This document shows, in pieces, positions 25,564-39,354 of a DNA stretch of 64,000 nucleotides. Within the stretch, counting starts at the first letter, position 1. Every line of letters begins with the position of its first letter. The notes beneath the pieces are model-generated. The model ran no database searches. It was not told where the DNA came from and saw only the letters and a list, made by a program, of their open reading frames with translations. Origin of the DNA: Paramecium tetraurelia (lineage: Eukaryota); contig CT868033.1 in NCBI GenBank assembly GCA_000165425.1, positions 1 to 64,000 on the forward strand, read 5' to 3'. The position numbers and the translations under genes are program-made.

Positions 25564-26969
25564 TTCTAAATTAATATTTTATTAATATTTATGAGGTGGA
25601 TTTAATTTTATTCAAAATTAAAATTCTATCATTTTTTCTATTGAAAATTATAATATTTTTTTGTGCCTATTTGAAATAGTTCTTTCCTCTTATAAATTGT
25701 GGTGCTTTAACTATTCAAAGAAAATAATCTCTAATCAGTAGAATTTTGGAGAAGAAATATTTTATGTAGAACTTGACAAATTAATTGAATCATTTAAGAA
25801 TTACTTAAATTACAGCAAATAATATGTTATTATCCATATTTTTCTCCCTATGAATTTATACTTAAGAGAGCTAAAATAATAATCCTATTTTCGAAACATC
25901 GTTTAATTTATATTAATTGCTTGAGAGAGTAGTTCTAAATTTATTTAAATTCATGCAGTTTTTAATCTTATAAAGGGAATAACAAATGTATGCATCTATT
26001 GATAATTCATTCTATTCAGAAACATAGAGAATGATCAATTATTCCTAAAAATAAATGATTGTACAACTGATAACAAAAGATAGTAGAGTGTACGTTAATG
26101 TCCGGACCTTCATTAAATTGGCATAGCGAAATATGAATCTTGTCTAAGATAAACCACATTTTTTTCAATATAAAATGATAAATATTATTATTTAATCCAT
26201 TCTATTATTAATTAAGATTTAGTAATTTTTTTATTAATAATGTCTTTTATTATAATTACAGAGTTTTTTACAGCCGATTCCGATGCCTTTCCTTGATCGC
26301 GCATTCAACCATCTCAATTAAATGCTAAAACTTTCATTATTTGAAGCAAGACTAAATCTGATAATGAATTGCTCATTTCTAAAATTATACATTAACTTAT
26401 TGAGAGCTATTATAAATATTAATCAAATTTCCAAAACCAACTATTTAATTTCTCAAATCTCCTTTGAATTAGAACCTATCTCATTGAAATGAGGATATTT
26501 TACTTTTACTTACTATTACAAAAATAAATTTTTATATTTATTTTGTTATATATATTTAATCAATTAAATTTTTAAATTAATAAAGAATATTTATTTTCCG
26601 AGTAGCTTTTAATTGCAGTAAAGAGCGATTACACTTTTTAGAAAGTTAGTCCTTATTTTAAATCTTCAATCTCTGATTATTTACAGAAAAAATAAAAACT
26701 ATGGCAAGAACTTCGTTAGACAGGACATATTATAATCAATTAATATATTATATGACTTCTTAATATATATTTATTTCTAAAAGATGCTATTAATATCATA
26801 GATGTAGCTGCTATATAATTTATAAAATCATAGAGGACCTTCAAACATTATTCGTCCTTAAATTCTCTATTGAAGTGATAACGTATACAAAATGTAATAA
26901 TAATGGACAAGATGCTTATTACATAAGAGGTATTTCTTATTATTTTTTATCATTTAAGATATATATCGC

Positions 26970-27580
26970 TCATTTATGTTATATATAACTCAAATATATA
27001 TTCCAAAAATAACCTACGAGATTTACCCATAAGACTTAATAAGGTCGAGGAATTAACCAAAAGTTGATAATTTAAGCTGCTGGCCACACTTACCAATTAG
27101 TTACTATAACTTTTGAAAAGTTTTTTTGAATTGCTTCTATGCCTTTCTGGATTGATCCACTTTCGAGAAGGTTTATTATCATTAAGTAGTGACAGAGTAG
27201 GTAACAACTCCACACAGTTTAATCAATTAAAACAGAACCAAATACTCTTCTTACGGGTGTTGAAGTATTAAATGGTAATCTATAGAATATAAAATATATG
27301 CGACCTCTTTACCATCCAAGGTAACATGTAAGTAAAGTTATAATGAAACAAAGGCCCCATAAAAACATTTCCCATCAACCAAGCTATTCCCAGTCTTCTC
27401 AATTCCAACTTGTGAGGCTATGTTGTTTAGTCAAAATAGGGCTTCATAGTTTAAACTGTAAGATCTCCTAGAGAAACAATGAATCCTACAAAACATGAGT
27501 AAATTACAACCTGCAGTGATAGATTTTGTCGATAGCGGATACCTTTGGATGAGACTATGATATTTTAGGAGAAATTGCAT
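26970..27580 (-). CDS. Mpv17/PMP22 family membrane protein
   Basis: YHSLIQRYPLSTKSITAG..LGDLTVQ, GPLFHYNF, VLIDQTVW, NWQVWPAAQIINFWLIP..QVLWVNLVGYFWNIYLSY; two 25-nt introns. Confidence 0.9.
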
Positions 27581-28635
27581 TATGTATTTGAATAAGATAT
27601 TTTTTGAAATAACTAAATAATAGAGCTTGGCTTTTACACGACAAAAAAAAAATGGATTTCTCCAAATGAGTTTATACTAGTATAATAAAAAGTACAATTA
27701 TGTTGTAACATTTAGAAAAATATATTAATTAAATTTCAAATTACAATATTTTTTTGTGTATTGCGTGATAATAAATGAAATTCTTACTGATTTGTTCAAT
27801 ATTATAATGTATTTGATAGAGTTTAAATTCTGAATTATGGGACTTCTTTATTGGTTAATTTAATTGCTTTTATTATTTAATAAATATATTATATTCCTCA
27901 AATTTAATACACAACATAAACATACATAAGATTCTAAATTTTTCTCATAAATCCAACTTTAACTGAGTTTGAACATATTTATAGATATAATTTAACTAAA
28001 AATCAATAATTTGCTGTTAATTTATTTATGTAGAATAAATATAAATTAATTAATCGTGAAAATTGTTTTACATATTGAAATAGAAGTTATAGATTAATTG
28101 ACAATGTTGAATTTTATTGAAAAATTGGGAAAAACTAGTAATTAATTGATTAAAAAGTATTTATCTTATTTCTTGGATTTAAATAAATTGAATATAAATA
28201 TTTCTTAACGATCAATAAATAAATTTGTTTTTTCTCATTTACTAGATGACGATTTCGAAATCATTTTAATTGAGTTGAACACAGAATTGGAAAATTCCAC
28301 CTTAACTGTAATTTCATAATTTTATTCTAATATACCCTAATATAATTCAAAGGTGAAATTAATTTCCTTTATACTTCTTATTCTATCTTAAATATTTGGA
28401 GAAATAGTCAAAATCGTAATTTATTGGTTACATTTATTTTCAATTGACAAAATCACTAAAAGTAAAGTAAGAATTACAATCAGAAACTTAATTAGGATTT
28501 AGGTTGTTTTTAATTTAGAATTCGTTTCTAAATAATTCTAAATATAGTATGTAAAATATAGATTAATTTATTCCAAAAATAGAATCTGATCCTTAAATAG
28601 CAATAATCTGATTCAAATATTTATATTTATAAATA

Positions 28636-30063
28636 ATGGATATTTTGTGTCCGAACTAAGGGCATAAAAATTAGATTGAATTCGTTTGCATGAGGGATTC
28701 TTGCCAAGAATGCCGCTTTTCTTGTTTTGAATGTTTACAAGCTGGAAATCATAAGAGCCATATTGAAGATGTTCAAAAATTCTCTGCATTTTTGAATGTA
28801 ATAAAGTAGTAATCATCCGATTACGATGATCTTATGAATAAGCTTTAAAATTGGATTAATCATATGAACAATTAATGTGGGGAACTGAAAAAAGGGTTAG
28901 AAATGAGATACAAAGAGATAACAGAATTAGCTAAGAATTTTAGTATAAATCACTTTAATGAACTTTCTTCTTGTTTCTTCTCATTTCAAAGGAGTAAATA
29001 GAATTTGTATTAGATGATTTCAGAGAGTGTAGGAAGCCTTTCTGAAACAATAACTAATAGTAGAAAAATTTTATGCTTAGAACCATAAATTCAATAATAA
29101 ATATTTAATAAAGAGTTGAAGCCATTTAAATATGAATTAATCAATAAAATAAAAGATGAATACATTTTTGCTTTTGCGTTTAATAAAGAAGCAACTCTCT
29201 TAGTGGCTGGTTACGAATCAAGCAAAATAAGAGTATTTGATTTTGAGCAAGGATAATTACGACAATTATAGGAATTGAACAATCATAGTAAAAGAGTTAG
29301 ATGCGTATACTTTTTGTAAAAATCGCTTTCATTCATCTCTGGTAGCTATGATCGCTCGATTATTGTATGGGAGGCCTCAGAAAATGGATAGTTCTATTGT
29401 AAATAAAAGCTTGAAGGTCATACTGATGATATTAATTGTTTGATTATTAATAATAATGAGGATTTGATTATATCAGGTAGTGATGACAAAACAATTAGAC
29501 TATGGAGTAAAAAAGATCAATGGCATTGTTTATAGACATTAACATATCATAATGGGAGTGTATTTTGTATCAGTATGAATGAAACTTAAAATTAATTCAT
29601 TTCTTGTGCTGCAGACAACCTAATTGTTGTAAGTCAAAAAGATGTGGATAGTTCTTTCTGGAATATTCTATAGACTATTAAAGTAGAATGGGGTTTAAGA
29701 TTATGCTTTATTAGCAATACTTAATTTACATATCAACCTTATAATAAAAAGCAGATGATAATTTATGAATAAAATAAATTCAGCCAATAATTTGTTAAGC
29801 AAAAGGAAATTGCTGTAAAGTCTGGAAATGATTGCTTTTGGTATTTTCCTTAAAAATATATTAAATCAAAATCACTGTTACTCAACAAAAATGGAAGTGG
29901 TTTAAATATGATTAAAATAAAAGAGAATGGGGAATTTATTTAAGAATAAATTATCGATTTTGATGATAATTACATTCATGGAGCAATTTCAGATGATGGA
30001 GAGTATTTAATCACCTGGGATTGTAAAACAGAAGAAATTCAAGTTAGGCAATACAGTGAATGA
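28636..30063 (+). CDS. B-box-like zinc finger + coiled coil + WD40 protein (475 aa)
   Basis: N-terminal CPNQGH..VC..SC..CRFSCFECL..NH..H; WD repeats (LEGHTDDINCLI..LIISGSDDKTIRLW); single open frame to TGA 30061-30063. Confidence 0.85.
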
Positions 30064-30631
30064 TGATCAGTCATTCTGATATCATTCCGATATCTATTAA
30101 TATTAATTGTATTATTGGATGAGGACAATCTAGTAATAGAAATTAATATTTGATATCATTGATATTCAATAAATCTATTAGATATCTTATGTTCAGAAAT
30201 ATAATATGAATATAAGAGTTATATGATTATCATAAATTTAATTTCTTCTCTTCTTTTTCTCTCCTACTTTGCTTTATCTAAATTATATGTTGTATATATC
30301 CTATTATTGAACTATGCTTTATTGGTATTCATATTACTTCGAAGGAACATAGAATATTTGTAAATTTTCTTTCAAATTCAAAGATAAATTTGAACTTCAA
30401 ATGATTAAATTGAGAATCAAGAATATATCAGAGAACTAAAATTATTTCATCTTTATATATGGGATAGAATTAATGTTGCATTATGTTTTTAAAGCAAATT
30501 AACTGCTAAAAATAATAGTTTGTCATTATGTTTGAAACCAAATATGCATAATATATATTAATGATGCGTTAATTGTAAATAGTTGTCTTAAAAATTAAAC
30601 AATTTTAAAGTGATATCATATTATTTATATT

Positions 30632-32788
30632 ATGCAATATTTAAATTTGTTCATACAACCAATACCAAACACAGTAGTATTTCCATACTCTAGTTTGTAA
30701 CTCTATGATGTGGATTGCTATATTCAATTATTACATTCTCAATACATCGGATTGGTTTCATAAATCAATGACAACCAGCCCAATGTTCAAACTATATCAT
30801 AATATAGTTAATATGGCACACTTGTGCATGTAACAACAAAGCAAGATGAGTCATCCAATTTTTGCAATGCCTTTGCATTCGCCAGATTTAGAATAAATTC
30901 GTTTTGCCAGGTTTCACCATTCTTAATAGCTAATGTTGAAATACTGAATGATGAGATCAAAACCGACGATACTGAAATCTTGAGTACATTTAAAGAGGCG
31001 GTTAAAGTAATTTTGCACTAATATTTTTAGATCTATATGGAAAACTTCTCCCTTTTACCCAATGCTCTGTTGAAGCAAAAGATAGACGAAGAAAACAACA
31101 TCGTCAAATTATAATATCAAGTGGCTAACAGAATTTAAATTCCATTCAACCAAAAACTTAGATTGCTATAAATGAACGATAACAGAGAAAGAATATCAAC
31201 TATGATTTAATATTTGAATCACAAAATGACCTAATATTCAACAAGCAACGAATTAGAGCAAATATTTAAGCAGGAACTTATGTCTGAAATGCAAAATAAT
31301 GGAGAAAACTTAATTAATTAAACTGAATAAATTATTCCATAAATGCAAGAATAAGAACTGGATTACTAATAACAATATGTTTAGTCATTGCCATGGCAAA
31401 TCCTACATCCAGAAGCTGTAAGTATATCTGAATGCAAACAAATTTTGGACCAGAGACATTATGGATTGGACTTGGCTAAACAGCGTATTCTATAATATTT
31501 AGCAATTAAATTTTTAACAAAATCTACTGGATCTATACTTTGTTTACATGGTCATCCTGGAGTGGGAAAGACATCATTAGCTTAGAGCATAGCTGAATCC
31601 TTGGGGAGACCTTTTCAAAAGATTTCATTAGGCGGAGTATCAGATGAAGCATAAATAAGAGGTCATCGAAAGACTTATGTGGGAGCATAGGCAGGAATGA
31701 TTATGGAAGCAATAAAGAAAGCCAAGTGTGTAAATCCAGTCATCTTACTTGATGAGATCGACAAGATTAATTAATACACTGTTGGTTCAGCCTTGTTAGA
31801 GGTCTTGGATCCAGAATAGAATAAATGTTTTATGGATAATTATGTGAATGAGGAATTCAATTTGAGTTAAGTTCTGTTCATTTCAACAGCCAATTACATA
31901 GAATCTATATAACCAGCATTGAGGGACAGATTGGAGATGATTGAGATCCCATCCTACACAATTGATGAGAAGGAGAAGATTGCAATTTAACATTTGATTC
32001 CTAAATAATTGGAGCTTAATGGGATTGATGGGAAAGTAGAATTTCAGTAAGGATGTTGTTAGATATTTAATAACAAACTATACCAATGAGAGTGGAGTGA
32101 GATAGTTAGAGAGATAAATAAATTCTATTTTAAGAAAGATTGCACTTCAACAAGTAAGAGGGAACAGGAAGGGATCTTACAATATTAATAAGGGATTTGT
32201 CAATTAATGTTTGGGGGAATCCACAATTATCTACAAGAACATCAGATTATAGAGTGTTGGAATGTGCAAAGGGTTGAATGATGGAATGAACATATTGGAA
32301 ATCATCAAAACAAAGGGATAAGGCAATCTATTTTAGTAATCTAAGGATCAATATATTGTTGAATAAGGAATTACTGCATAATCTTATTTAAGGAATTGTT
32401 TCAAACACATTTAATTTTAAAATTGGGACGTTACTGTTGCAAACTAGAATTGTTTGGGTGTTTGTGTTGCTGTGGCAATGGTGTCATTATTTATGAATAA
32501 GAAAGTGAAATCAAGTGTTGCATTTGCAGGAGAGTTAAGTCTCAAAGGATCTATTTTTAGACAGTACAATCTGAGAGATAGCATCATTTAGGCAGCAGAA
32601 TCTGGAGTCGAGAGGTAATAGCATTATTTAAAATGAGTAGCATCATTATTCCATCTTAGAATGTGGGGGACATTTAGAACTTAGAACCTTCTATTAAAAA
32701 GAGAATTACATTAGTTGATCACATTGAGGAGGTATTCCAATTGGCGTTTGAAGATGGATTTACTTACTAACACTACCCTAACTTATGA
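30632..32788 (+). CDS. Lon AAA+ protease homologue with degenerate protease domain (+1 frameshift at ~32043)
   Basis: LDQRHYGLDLAKQRI; Walker A [30 protein letters not shown]; Walker B LLDEIDK; LLEVLDPEQN; PALRDRLEMI; YTNESGVRQLER; AFAGELSLKG. One intron ~32615-32640; TGA 32786-32788. Confidence 0.85.
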
Positions 32789-32790
32789 AA

Positions 32791-32812
32791 TATATATATA
32801 TATATATATATA
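32791..32812. repeat. (TA)11 microsatellite between convergent genes
   Basis: Direct reading. Confidence 0.9.
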
Positions 32813-32839
32813 AAAATCTTAATTTGAATAAAGACAATA

Positions 32840-34370
32840 TCACACAATAATATCTCCTTAATAGACTGCTGATTCTAGATTTAATCTCATTTTTTAGCAT
32901 TTTGATGATGCATTTTGAATTGTGTCCTTAAGTTTCATAAACTATTTTTTTAAATCGTGCATGGGTGTAGTATGTATTTCTACATTTAGTTTTTCAATTC
33001 GATTAAACATTTTCATCAATGAGATAGCTAACGATTCACAGGCATGTTCAAAGAGCTACTGATAATGATCTAACAATTTGGATGACTATTGGTTCTTATG
33101 AGAGATATAGTAGGACAAACAATAAGACCTGCACAGTAATGATATTATGTATACCATTTTAATATAACTCTAGATTAGATTAGTTCTGCCATGACTTCTT
33201 CCAAGAATTGAGTGTCATGCATATCGAAGCCAAAATACATAAATATTTAATGGATGTAGTAATCTCTAATTTTTTTCAATGACTCCTGGGCTTTTTATCC
33301 TGCAGCTGCTTAAATTAGATATCCTTTCGAATAGAAATTACATCTTTCTATTAAATCTTTCTCCAATTCTGTATTGTCTTTGGGTGGTACATACTAGTTG
33401 CACTTATAATGATCTTTGTGATCTGGTTTCCAAGGTTTAGAACAAACATAGCAAAAAGCATTTGCACATCCTCCTGGAGGTTTACATAACATGTAATTGC
33501 ACCCAAAAGATCTTTCAACAAATTATTTGCAAAAAGGACATTGTTTTGTATTAAGCCTAATCCAATCTTAATTGGCTTAATCGTTTTTGAGTACTACAAG
33601 CCATTTTTTAACCAAATCACAAGGACATGGAGGATGCAGTTCCTCTTTACAATAGAAACAGAACTTTGTTTAACAGAGGCAAGTCACTTCTTTAGTTGAT
33701 GTGAATTTAGGTTTTATAATCTTGTTGCAATTAACAGCAGGACAATATGCCAAATATCTTGAGCATTCTACAAATTTTCTACAGAGCAGATCTTCGAATT
33801 CCTTCTAATTTGAGAATTTTCTAATCATCGAAAAAGGCAGTTTGTAATTGCAACCATTAAATAAACACCTGACAAAGAGAAACTTATCTTTTTACACTCT
33901 TTGCATTATGGTCTGTTTTATGCAGGATTCACAAAACATATGTTTACACCCTAATAGAATCAATTGCTCTTAGCAAAAACAAACTGTACAACATCCCTGA
34001 AGTCCATTATAAATAACATTTTAGTGATCGTTTATAATTCCATTAGCTTTGAATTCAGTCAACAACTTTTCTGAAGCAGAGTAATATTTTTAAGTGATGT
34101 CGTCTTTATTCCAATTGTAGTGCATGAGCAACTTCATAATTAGGATCTAATACTTCGAAAGTGTTGTCTTCATCGAAATACAAGATCTCTGAGAGTTCTT
34201 GCACTTCTTTCATTATCACTAACATGACATCCTTCATCTCCAAGATCTCCACCATACTAGAGTTATTATACTAGGTTATACTCTAATTTCAAGTTTTCTT
34301 GCCAAGAGTTTATTTGGTTGAATTCTTCTGAATCATTTTAATAGTTATATTAATCCTCATCATCACTCAT
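32840..34370 (-). CDS. Ariadne-type RBR E3 ubiquitin ligase
   Basis: Acidic N-terminus; RING1 (CTVC..GCKHMFCESC); IBR (YCPAVNC..VTCLC..FCFYCKEELHPPCPC); RING2 (NTKQCPFC..GCNYMLC..C..FCYVC..W); Ariadne helical tail. Confidence 0.9.
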
Positions 34371-34400
34371 TATATATATATTTATTATTAAAGACTCAAA

Positions 34401-35072
34401 ATGAATGACTATATGGATTACATCAAGGGAATTAAGACTTACATTGATGATTCCGCTAACAAGATACAAGACAGAGTGGCTGAAATTGTGAGGATAGACG
34501 ACATCAAGGATTTAAACAAGATGCAAACAAAAAAATATCGACATCGCAATAATAATAAGTAACCTTCGCTTGTAACTTCAGGGGAGGTGTCATAGGCTGA
34601 GATTGAGTTACAAAAATTATAGCAGCAAAATCATCAACTCTATGATAAAATGAAGGAGTTAGAGGAACAGAGAACCAATCTCAAATTCCAACTTGGAAAA
34701 TATCGATAATTGATTGCTGATAAGCGGAAGTTGTTAAACAAAGAATGCAGAGACGGATTCTAATTGCTCACTTAAACTAGGAGACCCAGAATCATGAGTG
34801 AGAAGAAGAGCAAGTCTCCTCAACTCTTTCTCACTTCCACTTCTACCATGTCTCAAAAGAAACTGACCCAAGTGCACATCCTACTTAGAGATGTGATGAA
34901 GGTCGAAAGACAACCTCCCATCATAAGGAGCAACAGGAGATACACTTTTGATTAATTTATGCAATTAAACAAAACAGAATATTTTAGCTACATACACAAT
35001 CATTTACCCAAAATCAAAGAATACTTTCTTGAATTCTCATTCAAAAGAACAAAGCAATTCAAAACTCTGTGA
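34401..35072 (+). CDS. Hypothetical coiled-coil protein (223 aa)
   Basis: Open code-6 frame MNDYMDYIKGIK... with heptad-rich middle, ending TGA 35070-35072. Confidence 0.65.
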
Positions 35073-35298
35073 TTTTGTATCAATTTACTAACTAATTTTT
35101 AAATTATTTCATCACATAATACTTATCAAAAACTAGTCTTCCTTCGATTTATAATCCGCATTCAAAAATATATTTATATATATAGATTTTTAATATAGAA
35201 AACTTGGAGAATAATTATTTGATGAATGCGGAGATCAGAACATTTAAATTTATATGATAATCTATATTCTAAATATTAGAATTCATCACTCAGGGTTA

Positions 35299-35769
35299 TC
35301 AGTTCAATACAATCTTTTTGATTTCAGCTTCCTCTACTTCAGAAGGTTCATTTGCTTAAATTTCTTTGGAAAGTCCATTCAACTTCTTCTTCAAAGCTTC
35401 CTTTCCTGCAGCATAAGCCATCTTTTATTTAACTGGTTGGTTGGTATCTGGTGACCAGAAAATGAAGACCAACTTCTCGACCTTTCTTGGTGGAACATCC
35501 TCTGTTTAAGCATGATAATCATAAACAGCATATCGTGACTATTCGATTAAACATCTAAATTTACTTCGTTTTGAAGATGACTAACAAATTCAGCGTATGT
35601 ACTTTCTCTTCCTCCCTTTTGATCAACAACAATCTTAATAATATACAATGAATATTACTTCGTTTTTATCCTTATCCAACTTATATATAACAAATCTGTA
35701 TTGTTTGCCCAACTTCAAGTTGTTGAATTCTGTAACACAATCATCGCTAACATTGGTACCGACGTTCAT
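35299..35769 (-). CDS. Actin-depolymerising factor / cofilin
   Basis: MNVGTNVSDDCVTEFNNLKLGKQYRFVIYKL, SRYAVYDY, KLVFIFWSPD..VKQKMAYA.GKEALKKKL; two introns. Confidence 0.95.
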
Positions 35770-35819
35770 AATAATATCTTAAAATTATATTTAAATTATT
35801 GTTAATTAAATCACGCTAC

Positions 35820-37605
35820 TCATTTCTTTAAAGGCACTTTCTTAACATTAGGTGATTTAGATCTCATTTAGGTCTAAGGTCTTTGACTCTTCAACAATTA
35901 CGGTTTCTTATTAACTACTTATTTATTCGCATTATTAGTAGTACTCCCCAAAGTAGTGGTAGTAGTATTTTACATCGTCTTAGCTTTCTTATTAGAAATG
36001 TCCTTTAATTTGGATGATGGTCGTTGGCTGCTTCGAGTGGGTGAAACGAATTCCATTTACTCCTTTTATCTGGAGGAGTCCAGGAAATCAGACCCAGGGT
36101 TGTAAGGAACATGAACTTGCTCGTGGAGGAAGGCATACTCAGTCGGTTAAATAGATTGGTGTTTAGAAACTGAAGATTGTTAAGATTTCTATGAGTATCT
36201 GTGATTCGGAGATTGTGAAATAGTCAAATATTAAAGAGAATTTGCCTATTAAGGGACCTGTGTTGAATAGAAGGCCTATTATTGGCTACTTTAACTAGAT
36301 TGGAAGGTCTATAAATTAGCTGGAATTTGTGGTTTTTATTGTGTTTGTAATTGTTGTGAGGGAGTCTGATTCATAGATCTATTATTCGAATGCAATTTCA
36401 CAGCAGCCTATGAATTCTTTTATGATAAAAATGGATGAACTTTCTTCATTGATTGCGGTTCCTCATTTTCTTAATTGGACTTTAACTATTATTTTTGCAA
36501 TTAGTTCTCCTATTAAAAGAACATTGGGTGTTATTGCATAGATGTTAAGGTTGGGTTCAGATCCTTGAAATTACACGATTACAGTGTAAATTGTTAAGAT
36601 TATTAACATAATAAAGGGTGTTATTAGTTCGATTGCATAATAAATGACTGTGCCTATGATTGCTGTTCTCTTACTAATACTCGTGATTGGATCTCGATTG
36701 CATGGTCATTCAATATATCAGTTTAGGTATTTGGGATAGTGACCTTGTTGTTGTTATTTATTGATTATTGCATCAACTCTACTATGCTTTCCTCGTATAT
36801 CTACAAGTAATTGGGTCTATCTTCTGGTCTGACTGACAACATTCGACTGACTAATTTATTGTTAGCCCTCGATAACATTTCATTGAGAATCTCTAATTAG
36901 ATTCACATTATTAAATACCTTAATTGATTTGATATTCTTAGAAATCATATATCTATTATATTTATTCCTATAAAATGAGTTCCAAACAGACCAATCCAAT
37001 TGTGAAAACTTCGCTTTTCTCTTTGTTATATTCTGGTTTGAACACCTTCCTTCCTAACTGAAAGAAGAGTTCTGGTGAGAGGTAACAGAATTCCTCAAAA
37101 CCACTCAAAAATCGATTATATTAATCAACATTTGGTAATAGTAATTTCACTTGATTTGTATACATAAAGGATTGAGGTCTCAAATCTCCATGAAATCTAT
37201 CACGATTCTGCAATTCAATCAAAGTGTGAATGATCTATTGTAAAAACTAATACCAAGGCAAATTGGATGGTAGTTAACTTCCAAATTCAAAGATAGCATC
37301 GATTTTGAATAAATTACTACACAAAGTTGACTCCTCCTCTTTTTGAATGTCTAATAAGCGAATCAAACCTGGCATCTAACTGATCTACTAATATTATTCC
37401 AATCTATTTAACTCTTTTTAATAATGCATCTCACTCTAATACACTTTATGCACTACCGCGACCTCTTCCATCTGATTAGTGTAAACTTCAATATCACATC
37501 CGAAGCTATAAGTTATAGTGCATATACGTACATTCTGCTTTCTCTGGAATCAACCTTTTACCAATTTTTCAAAAAGTGTTATTTGGACTGTTAAACTTAA
37601 CCCAT
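35820..37605 (-). CDS. Kinase-fold protein (probable pseudokinase) with Gln/Ser-rich tail
   Basis: MGQVQQSK start; HGDLRPQSF, YLSPEL, KSEVFTIG; no GxGxxG or DFG seen; two introns; TGA 35820-35822. Confidence 0.75.
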
Positions 37606-37633
37606 AAATTTAATTAACGATATTTAGTATAAA

Positions 37634-38011
37634 ATGTATCAATAAATATCTTCGCCATTAAAAGATTATTCTGCCACTGTTGTGCTAGATTCAACTAAAA
37701 CAAACTGTTATTAGATAATCCTAAAGCAGGTAAAAGACAAAAAAGTAGAGATCAAATTATCTTTGATATATTTATATATCCCCTCATCTTTATGTAAATC
37801 TCATAAATATAAAGGTTAAGAGAGATAATTATCCTTAAATTAGAATCAATAATTCATTATCCATTTAAGAAGAGAAGTGTATTCTGAAGAACTATCAAAA
37901 TTTTCTTATTCTATGACTTCCATAAGAACAAATAATCACCCTTTCAAAATGATTAACCAATAACCTAGATTGCATTGGTTATTATTTAATTTCTTGAGTG
38001 TTATTCTTTGA
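37634..38011 (+). CDS. Possible small hypothetical protein (125 aa)
   Basis: Open code-6 frame ATG 37634 to TGA 38009-38011; no recognisable motif. Confidence 0.3.
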
Positions 38012-38136
38012 GCAATTTCAAAAAAAGATAAATAATGTAAAATAAATTAATATTTCTAATAGATTATTTTCTGGTTGACTTCTAACTCAAACTTAATACA
38101 AAAGTAAACAAAAATTAATTATTTTTAATTATTTAT

Positions 38137-38881
38137 ATGAATTTTTCTTAATGTCCAGATGAGTTCTAAGTTGAATAGTAATTTAATAAGATAACACATA
38201 AAACAATATATTGTGATTTCAATTATGAGGTATGATAATGTTACCTTTGTTAAGGAATTAGAGTAAAAATATAGGTTCAATTATCCACTTCATAATAAAC
38301 CATAAATTGATTAAAAGAAAGAAGAAACTTTTAATACTAAATTACCAAAGTATGAAGCCTACATGGAAGCATCCAATTAACAAATAGAACTGCCTCTGCA
38401 ACCATCACCTCAATAGGTGAGGGCAATCCAAAACCAAGGCAAAATACAATTCTGCCGCCAACAGAACGAATAATAGAGCAAGGAAATTAAATCGATTCTG
38501 AACTTCTAAGTGGACACCAAATTCATCAAAATGAAACCCAGCAAGAAAAAAACACAAAGACAATATTAATAGATTCGAAGACCTCAAATTTAAATTATAC
38601 CAAATAATTGTAAGTACCAACGAGTGTCTGACATGAGCCAAATTCAAAGTCTCAGCATGCACCAAAGTTTCATTCTCAATAACAACATATCCGAGATAAC
38701 TTTTCAACAAGAGACTCGTCTTTCCAAATTCCAACAATTGTTGAAGAAGGCTCCAAAACCCGTTGAAATTGAACAATATAGATCTCTTAAACACTTCGGT
38801 AATAATGAATTGTGTGAGGGAATTTTGGACGGAAAGATTGTGCAATTTATTAAAACTTAATAATCTAATGTGATTTTATGA
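38137..38881 (+). CDS. Hypothetical Gln-rich protein
   Basis: MNFSQCPDEFQVE..., one intron (~38230-38254), frame continues through track ORF 38624 to TGA 38879-38881. Confidence 0.65.
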
Positions 38882-38906
38882 TTTGTTATACACTTTCAAT
38901 ATAACC

Positions 38907-39290
38907 TCAAAGTTTGGCGTCTTTTGGTAAAAGATCTGGGGTGAATTTGGTGGCAGCAGCCATATTTCCCTTGATCTTCATCTTTCCTTACATGAAGGCT
39001 TATTGAGGATTCAATTTTCCTTGAGCCATTGCCATCATGTCATCATCTACCATGGTGAATGTAGCATCAGCTGTTCCAACACGTCCCTTGGCAATTGACT
39101 AAAGATATAAATGGATTATGCGTACTCCTGAGCCGTTCTTGAGATCAACGGTCCAAACTTCAGGGGTTTCTCCTTTGGCCTTTGAAACTTCAAAGAAATA
39201 GATTGCATTGATTTTCTTAACCAAATCAGCACCTTGGGATTTGATGAATGGATCCATCTTTTCAAACAAAGCTGCAGATTTCAAAGCCAT
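38907..39290 (-). CDS. SCP2 sterol-carrier domain protein, peroxisomal (C-terminal AKL)
   Basis: [59 protein letters not shown]; one intron; AKL is a canonical PTS1. Confidence 0.95.
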
Positions 39291-39354
39291 TAAAATTATT
39301 TAATAATTTATTTAATATATATTTTTCTTATTTTCTTAACATTTTAACAACACT

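Noticed and set aside
38405..38845. 146-aa minus-strand ORF, the longest in the track
   Set aside because: In-register antisense of the plus-strand Gln-rich gene.
26970..39290. Putative peroxisomal gene cluster (Mpv17/PMP22, Lon, SCP2)
   Set aside because: Only SCP2 has a clear PTS1; unrelated genes are interspersed; likely coincidence.
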